Shown here: in pieces, positions 1 to 9,619 of the stretch
Layout: the number at the start of each line of letters is the position of its first letter
Position numbering within the stretch: position 1 is the first letter of the stretch
DNA from: an uncultured Verrucomicrobiota bacterium
Lineage (GTDB): Bacteria; Verrucomicrobiota; Verrucomicrobiia; Opitutales; Seribacteraceae
Assembly (NCBI GenBank): GCA_902569115.1
Contig: CACFTI010000003.1
Location: forward strand, 40,406 to 104,405
Direction: 5' to 3'
Length of the DNA: 64,000 nucleotides
Notes under the pieces: generated by a model
What the model was told of the DNA's origin: nothing
The model's database searches: none
What the model saw: the letters and a program-made list of their open reading frames with translations, nothing else
Program-made: the position numbers and the translations under genes

Positions 1-72
1 ATCAAATGCAACTGATCCAACAACGAGGAGTGGTGCGGATTCAGGAGAGTCGGATGCGATTTTATCTACCAT
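1..72 (-). CDS. PfkB-family carbohydrate kinase, N-terminal fragment (runs off the left edge)
   Basis: Manual translation from ATG at 72: MVDKIASDSPESAPLLVVGSVAFD. LLVVGSVAFD is the typical PfkB N-terminal motif. Not in the ORF track. Confidence 0.75.
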   Translation of the reverse strand, partial: MVDKIASDSPESAPLLVVGSVAFD

Positions 73-78
73 TTTCTA

Positions 79-107
79 AGCCTATCTTAGGATAAAGACG
101 GGTTCAA
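79..107 (-). promoter_or_regulatory. sigma70-like promoter, probably leaderless, of the pfkB-like gene
   Basis: TTGAAC-17 bp-TAGGCT-6 bp-ATG on the minus strand. Confidence 0.5.
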
Positions 108-149
108 GATGCAACCTTTATTCAAAAAATAATATTCATGAAAATCGAT

Positions 150-854
150 TTAAAATTTACCCCAGATTTTTTCCATTAAAGCATAGGTTTTTGGGTCATG
201 CTCTTTCAATTCAGCACGCACAAAAGGGTAAAAGTCATTTACGCCAACATAGGATTCAGTCATTTCGGCGAAAAATTCTTTATGATTGGTGCGTGCGTAA
301 TGCTTGGTTTTTCCACCCCGAAATAACAGCACTTTTTCATAGAGCTTTTCCTTTTCCGTTCTTTGATATGCTGCCAGGATTTCTTTATGCTCAAAACCGA
401 GGATCTGATCGTGATAGGCGTGTGCTAATTCGTGAAGGATGACATAGGGATGCTTTTGCCATGTGCTTCGCTTGAGGAGATTCTCGGCTCGCGGGATATG
501 AACTCTTTTCTCAAGCGTCGGGTCGTACCCATTGCTGATTAACCAACCTTTGCTTGGATGGTATTGCATATTGGTTAGTTTGTGCTGTTTGTCTACGCGG
601 ATGGGGAGGGTTTGAAGAACTTTTACCCGATCCTCGGTCAAAAGAAATTTGATTCTTTGAAAATGATTGGAAAGGGCCTTTCTGATTTCACGAAAAAATG
701 TGGCGTCGGATGATTCTGCAATCTCTGGATCCCATTCAATTTTCCACCCTTCCAGTGAAGAAATGATTGGTTCATGAAATTTTTTTTCCCCCAATAAATT
801 AAGACCAAATAAAAATGGAATGATGAAAAGTATAAATTTCCAAGTACAGGTCAT
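150..854 (-). CDS. Secreted zincin metallopeptidase
   Basis: Signal-peptide-like N-terminus, HELAHAYH (HExxH) motif, downstream EFFAE third ligand. Confidence 0.75.
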   Translation of the reverse strand: MTCTWKFILFIIPFLFGLNLLGEKKFHEPIISSLEGWKIEWDPEIAESSDATFFREIRKALSNHFQRIKFLLTEDRVKVLQTLPIRVDKQHKLTNMQYHPSKGWLISNGYDPTLEKRVHIPRAENLLKRSTWQKHPYVILHELAHAYHDQILGFEHKEILAAYQRTEKEKLYEKVLLFRGGKTKHYARTNHKEFFAEMTESYVGVNDFYPFVRAELKEHDPKTYALMEKIWGKF

Positions 855-1252
855 ATCGTTTCAACTGTAGAAATTGGAAAAGTGCTGGCAAGGACAACTT
901 GATCGTCAATTTCTATAAGAATGGAGTAATTACCAGGCTCTTCAAATTTCAGGCGATGTATGTCATTGATAAGGTTAATCCGGTGTTGAGGACCTGGAGA
1001 TTCAAATTCTCGTTTGATTATGGTTCTTGGCTCTTCATCAGACATGGGGATACCAATGGAAATTTTTAAATGATGTTTTCCCTGGGTCAGGTCGGAGAAA
1101 GAAAGAAACCAAATCATTCTTGGGTGAACCACTGGAAATTCTTTTGCGCGTAAGTTCGAGAAGATACCTAAAAGAGTATGCTTGCCAGTTGCGGGGTCGA
1201 CATAGACCGAATCACAGGTAATCCAGGCAAGAACTTGGGGCTTGGTTGACAT
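851..1252 (-). CDS. Conserved hypothetical protein (DUF6941-like beta-sandwich)
   Basis: 133 aa with CD..VDP.TGK..LLGIF N-terminus and F..PG.Y.I.I.ID C-terminus; 4-bp overlap with the next gene. Confidence 0.6.
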   Translation of the reverse strand: MSTKPQVLAWITCDSVYVDPATGKHTLLGIFSNLRAKEFPVVHPRMIWFLSFSDLTQGKHHLKISIGIPMSDEEPRTIIKREFESPGPQHRINLINDIHRLKFEEPGNYSILIEIDDQVVLASTFPISTVETI

Positions 1253-1278
1253 AGTGGAATAAAGAAAGATTTAAATAA

Positions 1279-3387
1279 TTACTTCAGTCCGCTGCGGATT
1301 AGAAGTGGTTCAACCTCAGGGTCACGACCCATGAAGTCGCGATAAAGTTGATCGGGGGGAACAGAGTTTCCTTTACTAAGTATTTTTTCGCGGAAATCGA
1401 TTCCGGTTTCTTTATTCATGATTCCTTCTTTTTTAAAGCGTGTAAAGGCGTCGGCATCCAAAACTTCAGCCCATTTGTAGGAGTAGTAAGCCGCAGCGTA
1501 TCCAACTGGGCTACTAAATAAATGACTGAAGCGCAGGGCAATGGTGCGAGGAGTGGTTTTGCGTTTTGGTAAATACCCCTTAAGCGTTTCCTGAAGCGAA
1601 GATTCGAGTGAGTCAAATTCTTGCCTGGCTAATTTCCGATGGATGTGGAGGTCTAACTTCGCGAAAGCCAATTGGCGCATCATCGTATTGCCTGCCATAA
1701 AATTGCGGGCTCGGAGCATTTTTTGAAAAAGGTCTTCCGGGATGGTTTCGTTCGTTTCATGATGCCTTGCGAAAAGATCAAGACTTTCTCTTTCCCAGCA
1801 CCAGTTCTCCATGATTTGCGAAGGAAGTTCCACAAAGTCCCACGGAACATTAACACCGTTGAGACTGCGGTGGGGGACATTGCCACAGAGATGATGAAGT
1901 AGGTGGCCAAATTCATGAAAAACCGTCTCCACTTCATAGTGCGTGAGGAGGGCAGGCTTGGTGGGGGTGGGAGCCGTTAGGTTTCCGCAAATCAGTCCAA
2001 GATGAGGTTCGCGGTCACCATTATCGGTGGGCTCCCCGGTTTTGAAATAATTCATCCATGCACCGGCTCTTTTGCTGGAACGAGGGTGCCAATCAGCATA
2101 AAATGAGCCTAAGTGTTTTCCACTATGACTATCAACTAGGTCGTAAAAGCGGACTTCCTCATGCCATACCGATTGGGGAGTCGCACCAGTGCTTAATCCA
2201 TTATCAATCGTTTTCCCCTTGTAATGAGTTGGTTGTTCCTTGATTGTGAGCCCAAAAATTTGGGTCGCCAATTCAAACATTCCTTTCAGCACTGATTGAA
2301 TAGGAAAATAGGGACGCAAATCCTCATCATCAAAATCATATCTTTCTTTTTTTAACTTTTCGGACCAGAAGCCAACCTCCCAGGGTTGCAGTCCGCCTAC
2401 AGGCGTTCCAGTTTTTTCAGCTTTAAATTCTTCGAGTTCCTTATTTTCCTGCTGAAAGAAAGGAACAGTCTTATCCCTAAGCTCGGAAACAAATTTATCT
2501 GCTTTGGCTCCATTTTTGGCCATTCTTCTTGCGAGTACGGCATCTGCAAAATTATCTTTTCCTAATATCTCCGCTTTTTCCTGCCTTAGCTTGATAATCT
2601 GACGGATGAGAGGTTCATTTGCGTAGGGGGCATTTACGCAAAGGTTATTGCTGGCCGACCAAACTTCTTTGCGGATTTCGTCATCTTCTAAATATTGCAG
2701 AACTGGAAGCATGGAAGGAGCATGAAGGGTGAAGACCCATGCGTCTTGGCCTTCTTCCTCGCCAAGTTTTTCAATTGCAGTTTGTCTGGCTGCTTCTCGG
2801 GCAGTCTCTGGTAGCCCTTTTAATTTATCTTCTTCTCGGATGGTTAGTTTCCATTCATTGGTGGCGTCCAACACTTGTTCTGAAAATTTCTGGGTCACTT
2901 GGGCGAGTTGCTGGGAGATCTCTTCAAGTCGTTGTCTTTTCTCATTTGGTAGGTCAGCTCCGGCTTCTTTGAAGTCAAGGAGGGTTTCCTCTAAAAGACG
3001 CAGGTCTATAGGATTGAGCGAAAATGATTCGTTTTTTTCATCAAAAAGTTGGAGAGCTTTCCATAACTCTGCATCGAGTGAAATTTTAGCACCAAAGGCA
3101 CTTACAGCGGGTAGCATTTCATTATGAACCTCTCGTAATTCATCTGAATTACAAACGGAGTCCAAGTGTGTGACGAGTCCCCAGGCGTAGTACAATTCAT
3201 AGCTGGCATTTTCCAGTGCCTTTACGGTATTGTGGAAGTTAATTTCTTCAGGTTTGAGATCGCGGATTTGCTGAAGATTCGCTTCGGATTTTTCTAGTGC
3301 AAGCGTGATATCTTCGCGGATATGCTCAGGAGTAAGGTTTTCCCAGGCAGGGTTTCCAATAAGAGATAAAAAAGGATGAGATGACAT
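1279..3387 (-). CDS. prlC: Oligopeptidase A (M3 metallopeptidase)
   Basis: 702 aa; FHEFGH, WDFVELPSQIMENW, GYAAAYYSYKWAEVL and KRAGAWM motifs. Confidence 0.93.
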   Translation of the reverse strand: MSSHPFLSLIGNPAWENLTPEHIREDITLALEKSEANLQQIRDLKPEEINFHNTVKALENASYELYYAWGLVTHLDSVCNSDELREVHNEMLPAVSAFGAKISLDAELWKALQLFDEKNESFSLNPIDLRLLEETLLDFKEAGADLPNEKRQRLEEISQQLAQVTQKFSEQVLDATNEWKLTIREEDKLKGLPETAREAARQTAIEKLGEEEGQDAWVFTLHAPSMLPVLQYLEDDEIRKEVWSASNNLCVNAPYANEPLIRQIIKLRQEKAEILGKDNFADAVLARRMAKNGAKADKFVSELRDKTVPFFQQENKELEEFKAEKTGTPVGGLQPWEVGFWSEKLKKERYDFDDEDLRPYFPIQSVLKGMFELATQIFGLTIKEQPTHYKGKTIDNGLSTGATPQSVWHEEVRFYDLVDSHSGKHLGSFYADWHPRSSKRAGAWMNYFKTGEPTDNGDREPHLGLICGNLTAPTPTKPALLTHYEVETVFHEFGHLLHHLCGNVPHRSLNGVNVPWDFVELPSQIMENWCWERESLDLFARHHETNETIPEDLFQKMLRARNFMAGNTMMRQLAFAKLDLHIHRKLARQEFDSLESSLQETLKGYLPKRKTTPRTIALRFSHLFSSPVGYAAAYYSYKWAEVLDADAFTRFKKEGIMNKETGIDFREKILSKGNSVPPDQLYRDFMGRDPEVEPLLIRSGLK

Positions 3388-3394
3388 GAGATAA

Positions 3395-4567
3395 TTAGTT
3401 TATGCAAAATTCCATTATCCGCACTGCGTTACCGTGAGATGATGGTTTGGCATGAATGGTAATAGTATGCGTACCGGGTTCGAGGTCATGGGCAAACATA
3501 ACTGTTCTGGGGTAGTGTAAATTTCGACTGTAGTTGTGATATAGTTCGGCTTCTTTTGGTGGCCTATCGTCAATTTGAAATTTGATTTTGCCGGCATCAG
3601 GACCGGCGAGCACGAATGCTCCGATTGCCCGCCCCTTGAATTTGAATTGAAGTGGTGCCGCCTCAAAATCAGTATGAAGAAGAGGTGCGTTCAAATATCT
3701 TTTTCTTTTACTCCCCTTTAAATTTGTCCAATTGGGTTCAGAATATTTCCAGCCGTCAGTAAGTTTGACTTTTTTGGGACTGAGGAATCGGCCAAATTCA
3801 TAGTTGAAAGGGGACAATGGGCTTGAGGGAAGAGGGTGGGGTTTAGCAACGGTGGGCGAAGGCCCACTCCACGCAAGATTGAGGAGATGTTCGTGCATGT
3901 CGGCACATAAACGGTTGCCCGGAGTTTTTGGGTGGGTGCCACCAAACTGTCCCCAGGTGAACTTTCCCTTTTTTATTTGTGTGGATAACTCCCTTGCGAG
4001 ATGAATTCTTGAGATCTGATACTTCTCTAAAACTTGCTCATGTGAGGACATGGAAAGAGGTTTTCTTCCTTTATCCAGTTCAGCGAGCATTTTTGGATTA
4101 ACGAAGTAAGTCACGACTATGTCGGTTTGAGGGAACTTTGTTCTTAGTTGACGAATGATTCCCTCCATGCCGCGTATGCAGGCGTCTCGGGAATGAGCCG
4201 CATCCTGGTCATCATTGACCGCAAACTCTAGAAAAAAAAGATCGATCGGTCCTTTCGAGATAACATCCCTTGGTAATCGAAAAGCTCCGGTGGTGGAACA
4301 GGTGGAAGAGATACCGGCATTAATAAAAGTAAATTCAGTTTGGGGGTATTTTTCCTTCAGGAAATTCATAACCATGGGTCTGTAGCCATCCATCTCGGTG
4401 ATAGAACCACCCATGAAAGCAACCGTTGCTGCGTTATTGGTTTCCATTGCAAGGCGTGAATGATCAAAGAAACCCCGAATAGTTATATTTTCTTTTTCAA
4501 AACCTTTGAGGCAGGAAAAGTGTAACAAAAATATAACTTTCGTATATGCTAAGAAGCGGGCATTCAT
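3395..4567 (-). CDS. SGNH/GDSL hydrolase (probable carbohydrate esterase) with C-terminal beta domain
   Basis: FMGGSIT block I, NAGISS block II, EFAVND block III, THP block V; signal peptide. Confidence 0.8.
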   Translation of the reverse strand: MNARFLAYTKVIFLLHFSCLKGFEKENITIRGFFDHSRLAMETNNAATVAFMGGSITEMDGYRPMVMNFLKEKYPQTEFTFINAGISSTCSTTGAFRLPRDVISKGPIDLFFLEFAVNDDQDAAHSRDACIRGMEGIIRQLRTKFPQTDIVVTYFVNPKMLAELDKGRKPLSMSSHEQVLEKYQISRIHLARELSTQIKKGKFTWGQFGGTHPKTPGNRLCADMHEHLLNLAWSGPSPTVAKPHPLPSSPLSPFNYEFGRFLSPKKVKLTDGWKYSEPNWTNLKGSKRKRYLNAPLLHTDFEAAPLQFKFKGRAIGAFVLAGPDAGKIKFQIDDRPPKEAELYHNYSRNLHYPRTVMFAHDLEPGTHTITIHAKPSSHGNAVRIMEFCIN

Positions 4568-5202
4568 GAGTTTGTATTAGCGAGTAAAAGAGATGCTTTG
4601 GCAAGCTCAGTAATCTTTTTTGCGTCCTTGTTGTTAATGTGGGTTTGAGGGGTTATCCAACTGCCGCCAACGATTTGAACTTCTGGGAGAACAAGGTACT
4701 GGGAGACATTTTCTTTTCCAATTCCACCAGTTGGTAAGCAGGTGATTTCAGCGTTTTGGAAGGGTGCGAGTAAAGATTTGAGGTAAGGGACGCCTCCTGC
4801 TGGTTCAATGGGGAAAATTTTAGGATGAAGACAACCTGCCTCAATTGATTTCAATAATTCGGAAGGACTAAGGATTCCAGGATAGAAAGGAATTTTTAAT
4901 TTCTGACTCATGTCCCAAAGACTATCGCTCCATGCAGGTGATACAGTAAAGTCCATACCTGCATCAAATGCCCACTGCATCTGATCCTTGGATAAAATTG
5001 AACCCGTGCCCAAAATGAAATTCGGGAATTTCTTTCTTACTTCCAGCAAGGCTTTCTTAGCAGTTTCCGTTCTAAGGGTAATTTCCATAAGGCAAAGGTC
5101 TGCTTCGAGAAAAGCTTCTGCAATGACCAATGCCTCCTCTGCCGTTGCCTGGTTAATAATTGGTAGAACAGGATAATTGTTAAACAACTGATGGTGTTTC
5201 AT
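4564..5202 (-). CDS. eda: KDPG/KHG aldolase
   Basis: EITLRT, VSP, PG..SPSE, KIFP and PTGGI, GGSW motifs; 212 aa. Confidence 0.9.
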   Translation of the reverse strand: MKHHQLFNNYPVLPIINQATAEEALVIAEAFLEADLCLMEITLRTETAKKALLEVRKKFPNFILGTGSILSKDQMQWAFDAGMDFTVSPAWSDSLWDMSQKLKIPFYPGILSPSELLKSIEAGCLHPKIFPIEPAGGVPYLKSLLAPFQNAEITCLPTGGIGKENVSQYLVLPEVQIVGGSWITPQTHINNKDAKKITELAKASLLLANTNS

Positions 5203-5300
5203 ATTTTGATTTCTATTGTCAGATATCAGTCTTGAGAAAAATTGATCTATCCTCGTTCTTCTCGTTTGACGAATTTAATATTTTATCATCCCTAGAGAAA

Positions 5301-6662
5301 GTGTCATTTCCCACCGATATTAAAATTATAGATTTTTCACTGGAATTTATTCCAGTTAAAACCCGGATGCCTCTTAAGTTCGGAACAGAAATTTTGTCCT
5401 CCGTTACTTGTGCACGTGTCAAGGTGACCGTACATAATAAACTTGGTGAGCAGTCCCATGGATGGGGCGAAACTCCTCTAAGCGTTCAATGGGTATGGCC
5501 ATCTAATACCGAGTATTCTATTCGCTATGATAGCCTCCTTGAGTTTTGTGAATTTATTAAAATTCGTTGGGAAAGCTTTGATTCTTTCGGGCATTGCATT
5601 GAAATAGGGCATGAATTGATAATGAAGGATCTGCCCCAAGCCTTAAAGCAGTTCAACCTTGGCAAAAAAGTAGATAGTGAGCCGATGCCTTGGCTGGCCG
5701 CACTTGTTTGCGCATCTCCTTTTGATATAGCCATTCACGATGCGTTTGGAATGGTTAATAATGTCCCCATCTATCATGCTTACGGGAAAGAGTTTTTATC
5801 CTCTGATCTTGCAAGTTTTCTCGATCCTGCCGAGGATTCAGAAGTCCAGTTTAATGGCAGGCATCCTTCTGATTTTCTTGAACTTAATCCACCTTCTGAA
5901 ATTCCAGTATGGCATTTAGTAGGCGGACTTGACGCTCTGGAGCAGGAAGATCTGACAGGAGGTGAACCCAATGACGGCTATCCCGTATATCTCAGGGAAT
6001 GGATCGAGCGAGATGGGCTAAATTGTCTCAAGATTAAATTACGTGGTAATGATGCTGAATGGGATTATGAGAGACTGGTAAGAATTGGCACGATTTCACA
6101 GGAATTGGGAGTCCAGTATCTCACGACAGATTTTAATTGTACGGTAACTGACCCGGCTTATGTGAATGAGATTCTCGACCGTCTCGAGTTAGAAGAGCCG
6201 GAGACTTTTCGACGCATTCTTTATGTAGAGCAGCCTTTTCCTTATGATCTGGAAAAGAATCGTATTGCCGTTCATTCAGTAGCTGAGCGTAAGCCCCTCT
6301 TTATGGATGAAAGTGCTCACGACTGGAAGCATGTATGTCTGGGCAGAGAGCTTGGTTGGACGGGGGTGGCACTGAAAACCTGTAAGACTCAGACTGGTGC
6401 ATTGCTTTCTTTGTGCTGGGCAAGAGCCCATGGAATGGATTTGATGGTTCAAGATTTAACCAACCCGATGCTAGCCCAGATTCCCCATGTTCTACTGGGA
6501 GCACATGCGGGAACCATTATGGGGGTTGAAAGTAACGGTATGCAATTTTATCCCAATGCTTCGCTTAAAGAAGCAAAGCTTCATCCAGGTGTTTACCAAA
6601 GAAACCGTGGAATGCTCGACATCTCTACGATTAAAGGGAACGGCTTCGGGTATGGGATATAA
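5301..6662 (+). CDS. Enolase-superfamily protein (mandelate racemase/dehydratase-like)
   Basis: GWGE N-domain, DIAIHD, KIK motif, metal ligands TDFN / EQP / MDE. Start placed at GTG 5301; the ORF track extends to 5232. Confidence 0.8.
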   Translation: MSFPTDIKIIDFSLEFIPVKTRMPLKFGTEILSSVTCARVKVTVHNKLGEQSHGWGETPLSVQWVWPSNTEYSIRYDSLLEFCEFIKIRWESFDSFGHCIEIGHELIMKDLPQALKQFNLGKKVDSEPMPWLAALVCASPFDIAIHDAFGMVNNVPIYHAYGKEFLSSDLASFLDPAEDSEVQFNGRHPSDFLELNPPSEIPVWHLVGGLDALEQEDLTGGEPNDGYPVYLREWIERDGLNCLKIKLRGNDAEWDYERLVRIGTISQELGVQYLTTDFNCTVTDPAYVNEILDRLELEEPETFRRILYVEQPFPYDLEKNRIAVHSVAERKPLFMDESAHDWKHVCLGRELGWTGVALKTCKTQTGALLSLCWARAHGMDLMVQDLTNPMLAQIPHVLLGAHAGTIMGVESNGMQFYPNASLKEAKLHPGVYQRNRGMLDISTIKGNGFGYGI

Positions 6663-6682
6663 TTTTTTCGGAAAAAAGATTT

Positions 6683-7105
6683 TCAGGAGTCTTTGTTGAG
6701 CTGCATCTGGGCGTAGGCTTTGATCTTTTCGCGGACGCCGGTGAGTCCGTTTCTGCGATTGGGTGATAAGTGCTGGGTGATGCCCACCTCGGAGAGGAAT
6801 TCGGGCTCCAGCCGGACAATATCTTCGGGACTCTCATCACTGTATAAGTCGCATAGGAGGGTGGCGGTGCCTTTAGTGATAGATGCTTCGGAATCTGCCT
6901 GAAAATGACACTTACCATCGGCAAAACTAGGAAATACCCAAAGTTGGGAGACGCATCCTTTAATCAGGAATGTTTCGATTTTATACTCCTCGTTAAGTCC
7001 GGGATTATCCTTCGCCCGGTCGATCACATAGGTAAGTCGTTCGAGATGGTCTTCAAAGGGGATAAGTTCTTCGATCAATTGGTCTCGCTTATCTTCAATG
7101 CTCAT
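6683..7105 (-). CDS. sufE: SufE-family sulfur acceptor
   Basis: IKGCVSQLW, ADSEASITKG and LSPNRRNGL motifs; probable start MSIEDK at 7105. Confidence 0.9.
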   Translation of the reverse strand: MSIEDKRDQLIEELIPFEDHLERLTYVIDRAKDNPGLNEEYKIETFLIKGCVSQLWVFPSFADGKCHFQADSEASITKGTATLLCDLYSDESPEDIVRLEPEFLSEVGITQHLSPNRRNGLTGVREKIKAYAQMQLNKDS

Positions 7106-7571
7106 TAGAATTACCTTTTGAGTTGCCGGAAAAGGAGATGGGTAGCTCAGAGTAGCTATTGGATCCGACCGAGACTTCTTTGAGAATTCCTTGAATCGGT
7201 AAAAGGTCACGAATGGATTCAGGGGATTGAAATCGGGAGGTGTCGCCCACCGTTTCACCGGTGGCTGAATCCTCGACAGCTTCAAGGCGCAGCGATGAGC
7301 GATTGGTATCTGGAAATATAATCTCAATCTGGGTTTGTTTTATTCTGACAAAATTTTCCGCATGTGCATCGAGAACATACAGATTGAGATTACCGTTTTC
7401 ATTCAGAAAAAGCTCAAAGTTGAAACCTGAACCGTGCGGACCGAGTTCATACAATTCACCCCCATGTGGAGCAGTATGTACATGGTGACCACCCCCACCG
7501 GATGGAACTTGGTCCGAGCATCCCACAAACAATAAGCAGGTTAAAAGACAGATAGATTGAATGGTTTTCAT
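7095..7571 (-). CDS. His-rich putative metal-binding lipoprotein
   Basis: Lipobox LFVGC; HHVHTAPHGGELYELG motif; overlaps the sufE start by 11 bp. Confidence 0.7.
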   Translation of the reverse strand: MKTIQSICLLTCLLFVGCSDQVPSGGGGHHVHTAPHGGELYELGPHGSGFNFELFLNENGNLNLYVLDAHAENFVRIKQTQIEIIFPDTNRSSLRLEAVEDSATGETVGDTSRFQSPESIRDLLPIQGILKEVSVGSNSYSELPISFSGNSKGNSNEH

Positions 7572-7583
7572 TTTAAAATATAG

Positions 7584-7612
7584 ACTTTATCTGCGGTGAC
7601 CCATTCTAGCAA
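7584..7612 (-). promoter_or_regulatory. sigma70-like promoter for lipoprotein-sufE
   Basis: TTGCTA-17 bp-TAAAGT, 12 bp upstream of the ATG. Confidence 0.45.
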
Positions 7613-7734
7613 GCGTAAGGGAATACTTGTATCCTCGGAAAGAAGTTAGCTGTAAGTTTAATTTCAGGATGGTCAACCAGCATTAGAATTTCTAAGTTTC
7701 ATTATTTCACCCTAATTAATCCCTCAGCCCATAT

Positions 7735-9615
7735 ATGAAATCCAAGAAGAATCTTCTTTTCCTTTCGTTATTCACACTGGTTCTCGGTTTATCCGGGTGC
7801 TTTCTTACAGACACTGCTCATGCTACCAAAAATAAAACGATTAAAGGTAACCAAGCGATAGCGAAACAAGTCAAGGGTGGTAAACCTTATTCCGATAAGC
7901 CAAATATTGTGATTGTGATCACGGATGACCAGGGCTACGGCGATTTGGGATGTACAGGAAATCCGGTCATCAAGACTCCGCACACCGATAAATTAGCCAA
8001 TGAATCGGTCTGGCTGACCGATTATCATGTGGCCCCCACCTGCTCACCAACGCGGGCGGCTCTCATGTCTGGGCACTGGACTAACCGTACCGGCGTATGG
8101 CATACGATTATGGGTCGTTCCATGTTGCGGGCGAATGAGGGGACACTGGGCCAATTTTTCAAGGAAAACGGATACGAGACCGGAATGTTTGGTAAGTGGC
8201 ACCTCGGAGACAACTTCCCCTACCGTCCGGAAGATCGAGGGTTTACCGAAGTATACCGTCATGGGGGCGGGGGAGTGGGGCAAACTCCTGATGTATGGGA
8301 TAATGCCTATTTTGATGGTGGTTATTTCCACAACGGAAAGATCGTTGATGCGAAGGGGTTTTGTACGGATGTCTTTTTCCGGGAGGGTAACCGTTTCATA
8401 CGCGAGAGTGTGAAAAAGAAGAAGCCATTTCTCGCTTATATATCGACAAATGCACCTCATGGACCGTTTCACTGTCCTCAGAAGTATCTTGATATGTATA
8501 AAGGCCAGTCGGGTAGAATCGCATCTTTTTTTGGAATGATCACTAATATTGATGACAATGTTGGTAAAACCCGGAAATTACTCAAGGATTTGGGAGTTCA
8601 TGATAATACGATCTTTATCTTCACCACTGATAACGGCACCGCCAGTGGTCGACAAATTTTCAATGCCGGAATGCGCGGCCAAAAAGGAAGTGAATACGAT
8701 GGGGGGCATCGGGTGCCATTCTTCATGCATTGGCCTAATGGCGGAATGAATAAATTAAAAAAAGTGGATACCCTGTGTCACGCGGTGGATGTCGCACCGA
8801 CTCTGCTTGACCTAACGGGTGGTAAAAAACCAAAGGGCTATAAGTTTGATGGGGTTTCCATTCGAAAGGTGTTGGAAGCCGATGGGGATGTGAACTGGCC
8901 TGACCGAATGCTAATAACTGATTCTCAACGGGTGAAAGATCCCATCAAGTGGAGGAAATCATCCGTGATGAGTCAGGGTTGGAGATTGGTGAATCAGAAA
9001 GAACTCTACAACATCAATAAAGACCCCGGACAGACCAAGAATGTAGCTAGTCAGAATCCTGATCAAGTTGCCAAAATGCAGGCGTTTTACGATCAATGGT
9101 GGGACGAACTGGAGCCAACTTTTGCGGAAACTACTGAACTCCATGTCGGGCATAAGGATCACCCGGTGGTAAGTTTGACCAGTCACGATTGGATCGGAGG
9201 CCCCACTCCCTGGAATCAGGGTCATAACCGCAGTAAGTATCCGTTGAAGAAGGGGAAAAGTGCCAAGCATGAAGGGCATTGGGCGTTAAAGGTTTTGAAA
9301 ACCGGAACTTATCAGATAGAAGTGATGCGTTGGCCGTTGGAATCTGGTAAAGCCATCAATGAGGAATTGATTGCCGGTGCCGATGTTCCCGGAGAGAGTA
9401 AAGCATTCCGGGCCCAAGTTGGACAAGCAATCGGTGCTAAATCTGCAACATTGCGTCTGAATGGTAAAAACCTAGAGACTAAATCTGTCAATGCAGGGGA
9501 CAAAAAAGTAGTCTTCGAGACCAAGCTAACCAAAGGTAAGCATAAGTTGTCTCCCTTTTTCAAAGTCCCGGAAGGAGAGCTTGGCTGTTATTACGCTGTA
9601 ATTAAAAGTAAGTAA
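7735..9615 (+). CDS. Arylsulfatase-family (S1) sulfatase, lipoprotein
   Basis: LSGC lipobox, TDDQGYGD, CSPTR formylglycine motif, GKWHLG. Confidence 0.93.
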   Translation: MKSKKNLLFLSLFTLVLGLSGCFLTDTAHATKNKTIKGNQAIAKQVKGGKPYSDKPNIVIVITDDQGYGDLGCTGNPVIKTPHTDKLANESVWLTDYHVAPTCSPTRAALMSGHWTNRTGVWHTIMGRSMLRANEGTLGQFFKENGYETGMFGKWHLGDNFPYRPEDRGFTEVYRHGGGGVGQTPDVWDNAYFDGGYFHNGKIVDAKGFCTDVFFREGNRFIRESVKKKKPFLAYISTNAPHGPFHCPQKYLDMYKGQSGRIASFFGMITNIDDNVGKTRKLLKDLGVHDNTIFIFTTDNGTASGRQIFNAGMRGQKGSEYDGGHRVPFFMHWPNGGMNKLKKVDTLCHAVDVAPTLLDLTGGKKPKGYKFDGVSIRKVLEADGDVNWPDRMLITDSQRVKDPIKWRKSSVMSQGWRLVNQKELYNINKDPGQTKNVASQNPDQVAKMQAFYDQWWDELEPTFAETTELHVGHKDHPVVSLTSHDWIGGPTPWNQGHNRSKYPLKKGKSAKHEGHWALKVLKTGTYQIEVMRWPLESGKAINEELIAGADVPGESKAFRAQVGQAIGAKSATLRLNGKNLETKSVNAGDKKVVFETKLTKGKHKLSPFFKVPEGELGCYYAVIKSK

Positions 9616-9619
9616 TTTT

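Noticed and set aside
6663-6677. TTTTTTCGGAAAAAA inverted repeat between convergent genes
   Set aside because: A/T-only stem, too weak to call a terminator
7106-7327. N-terminal extension of sufE in the ORF track
   Set aside because: Overlaps the upstream lipoprotein in another frame; SufE similarity starts at ATG 7105
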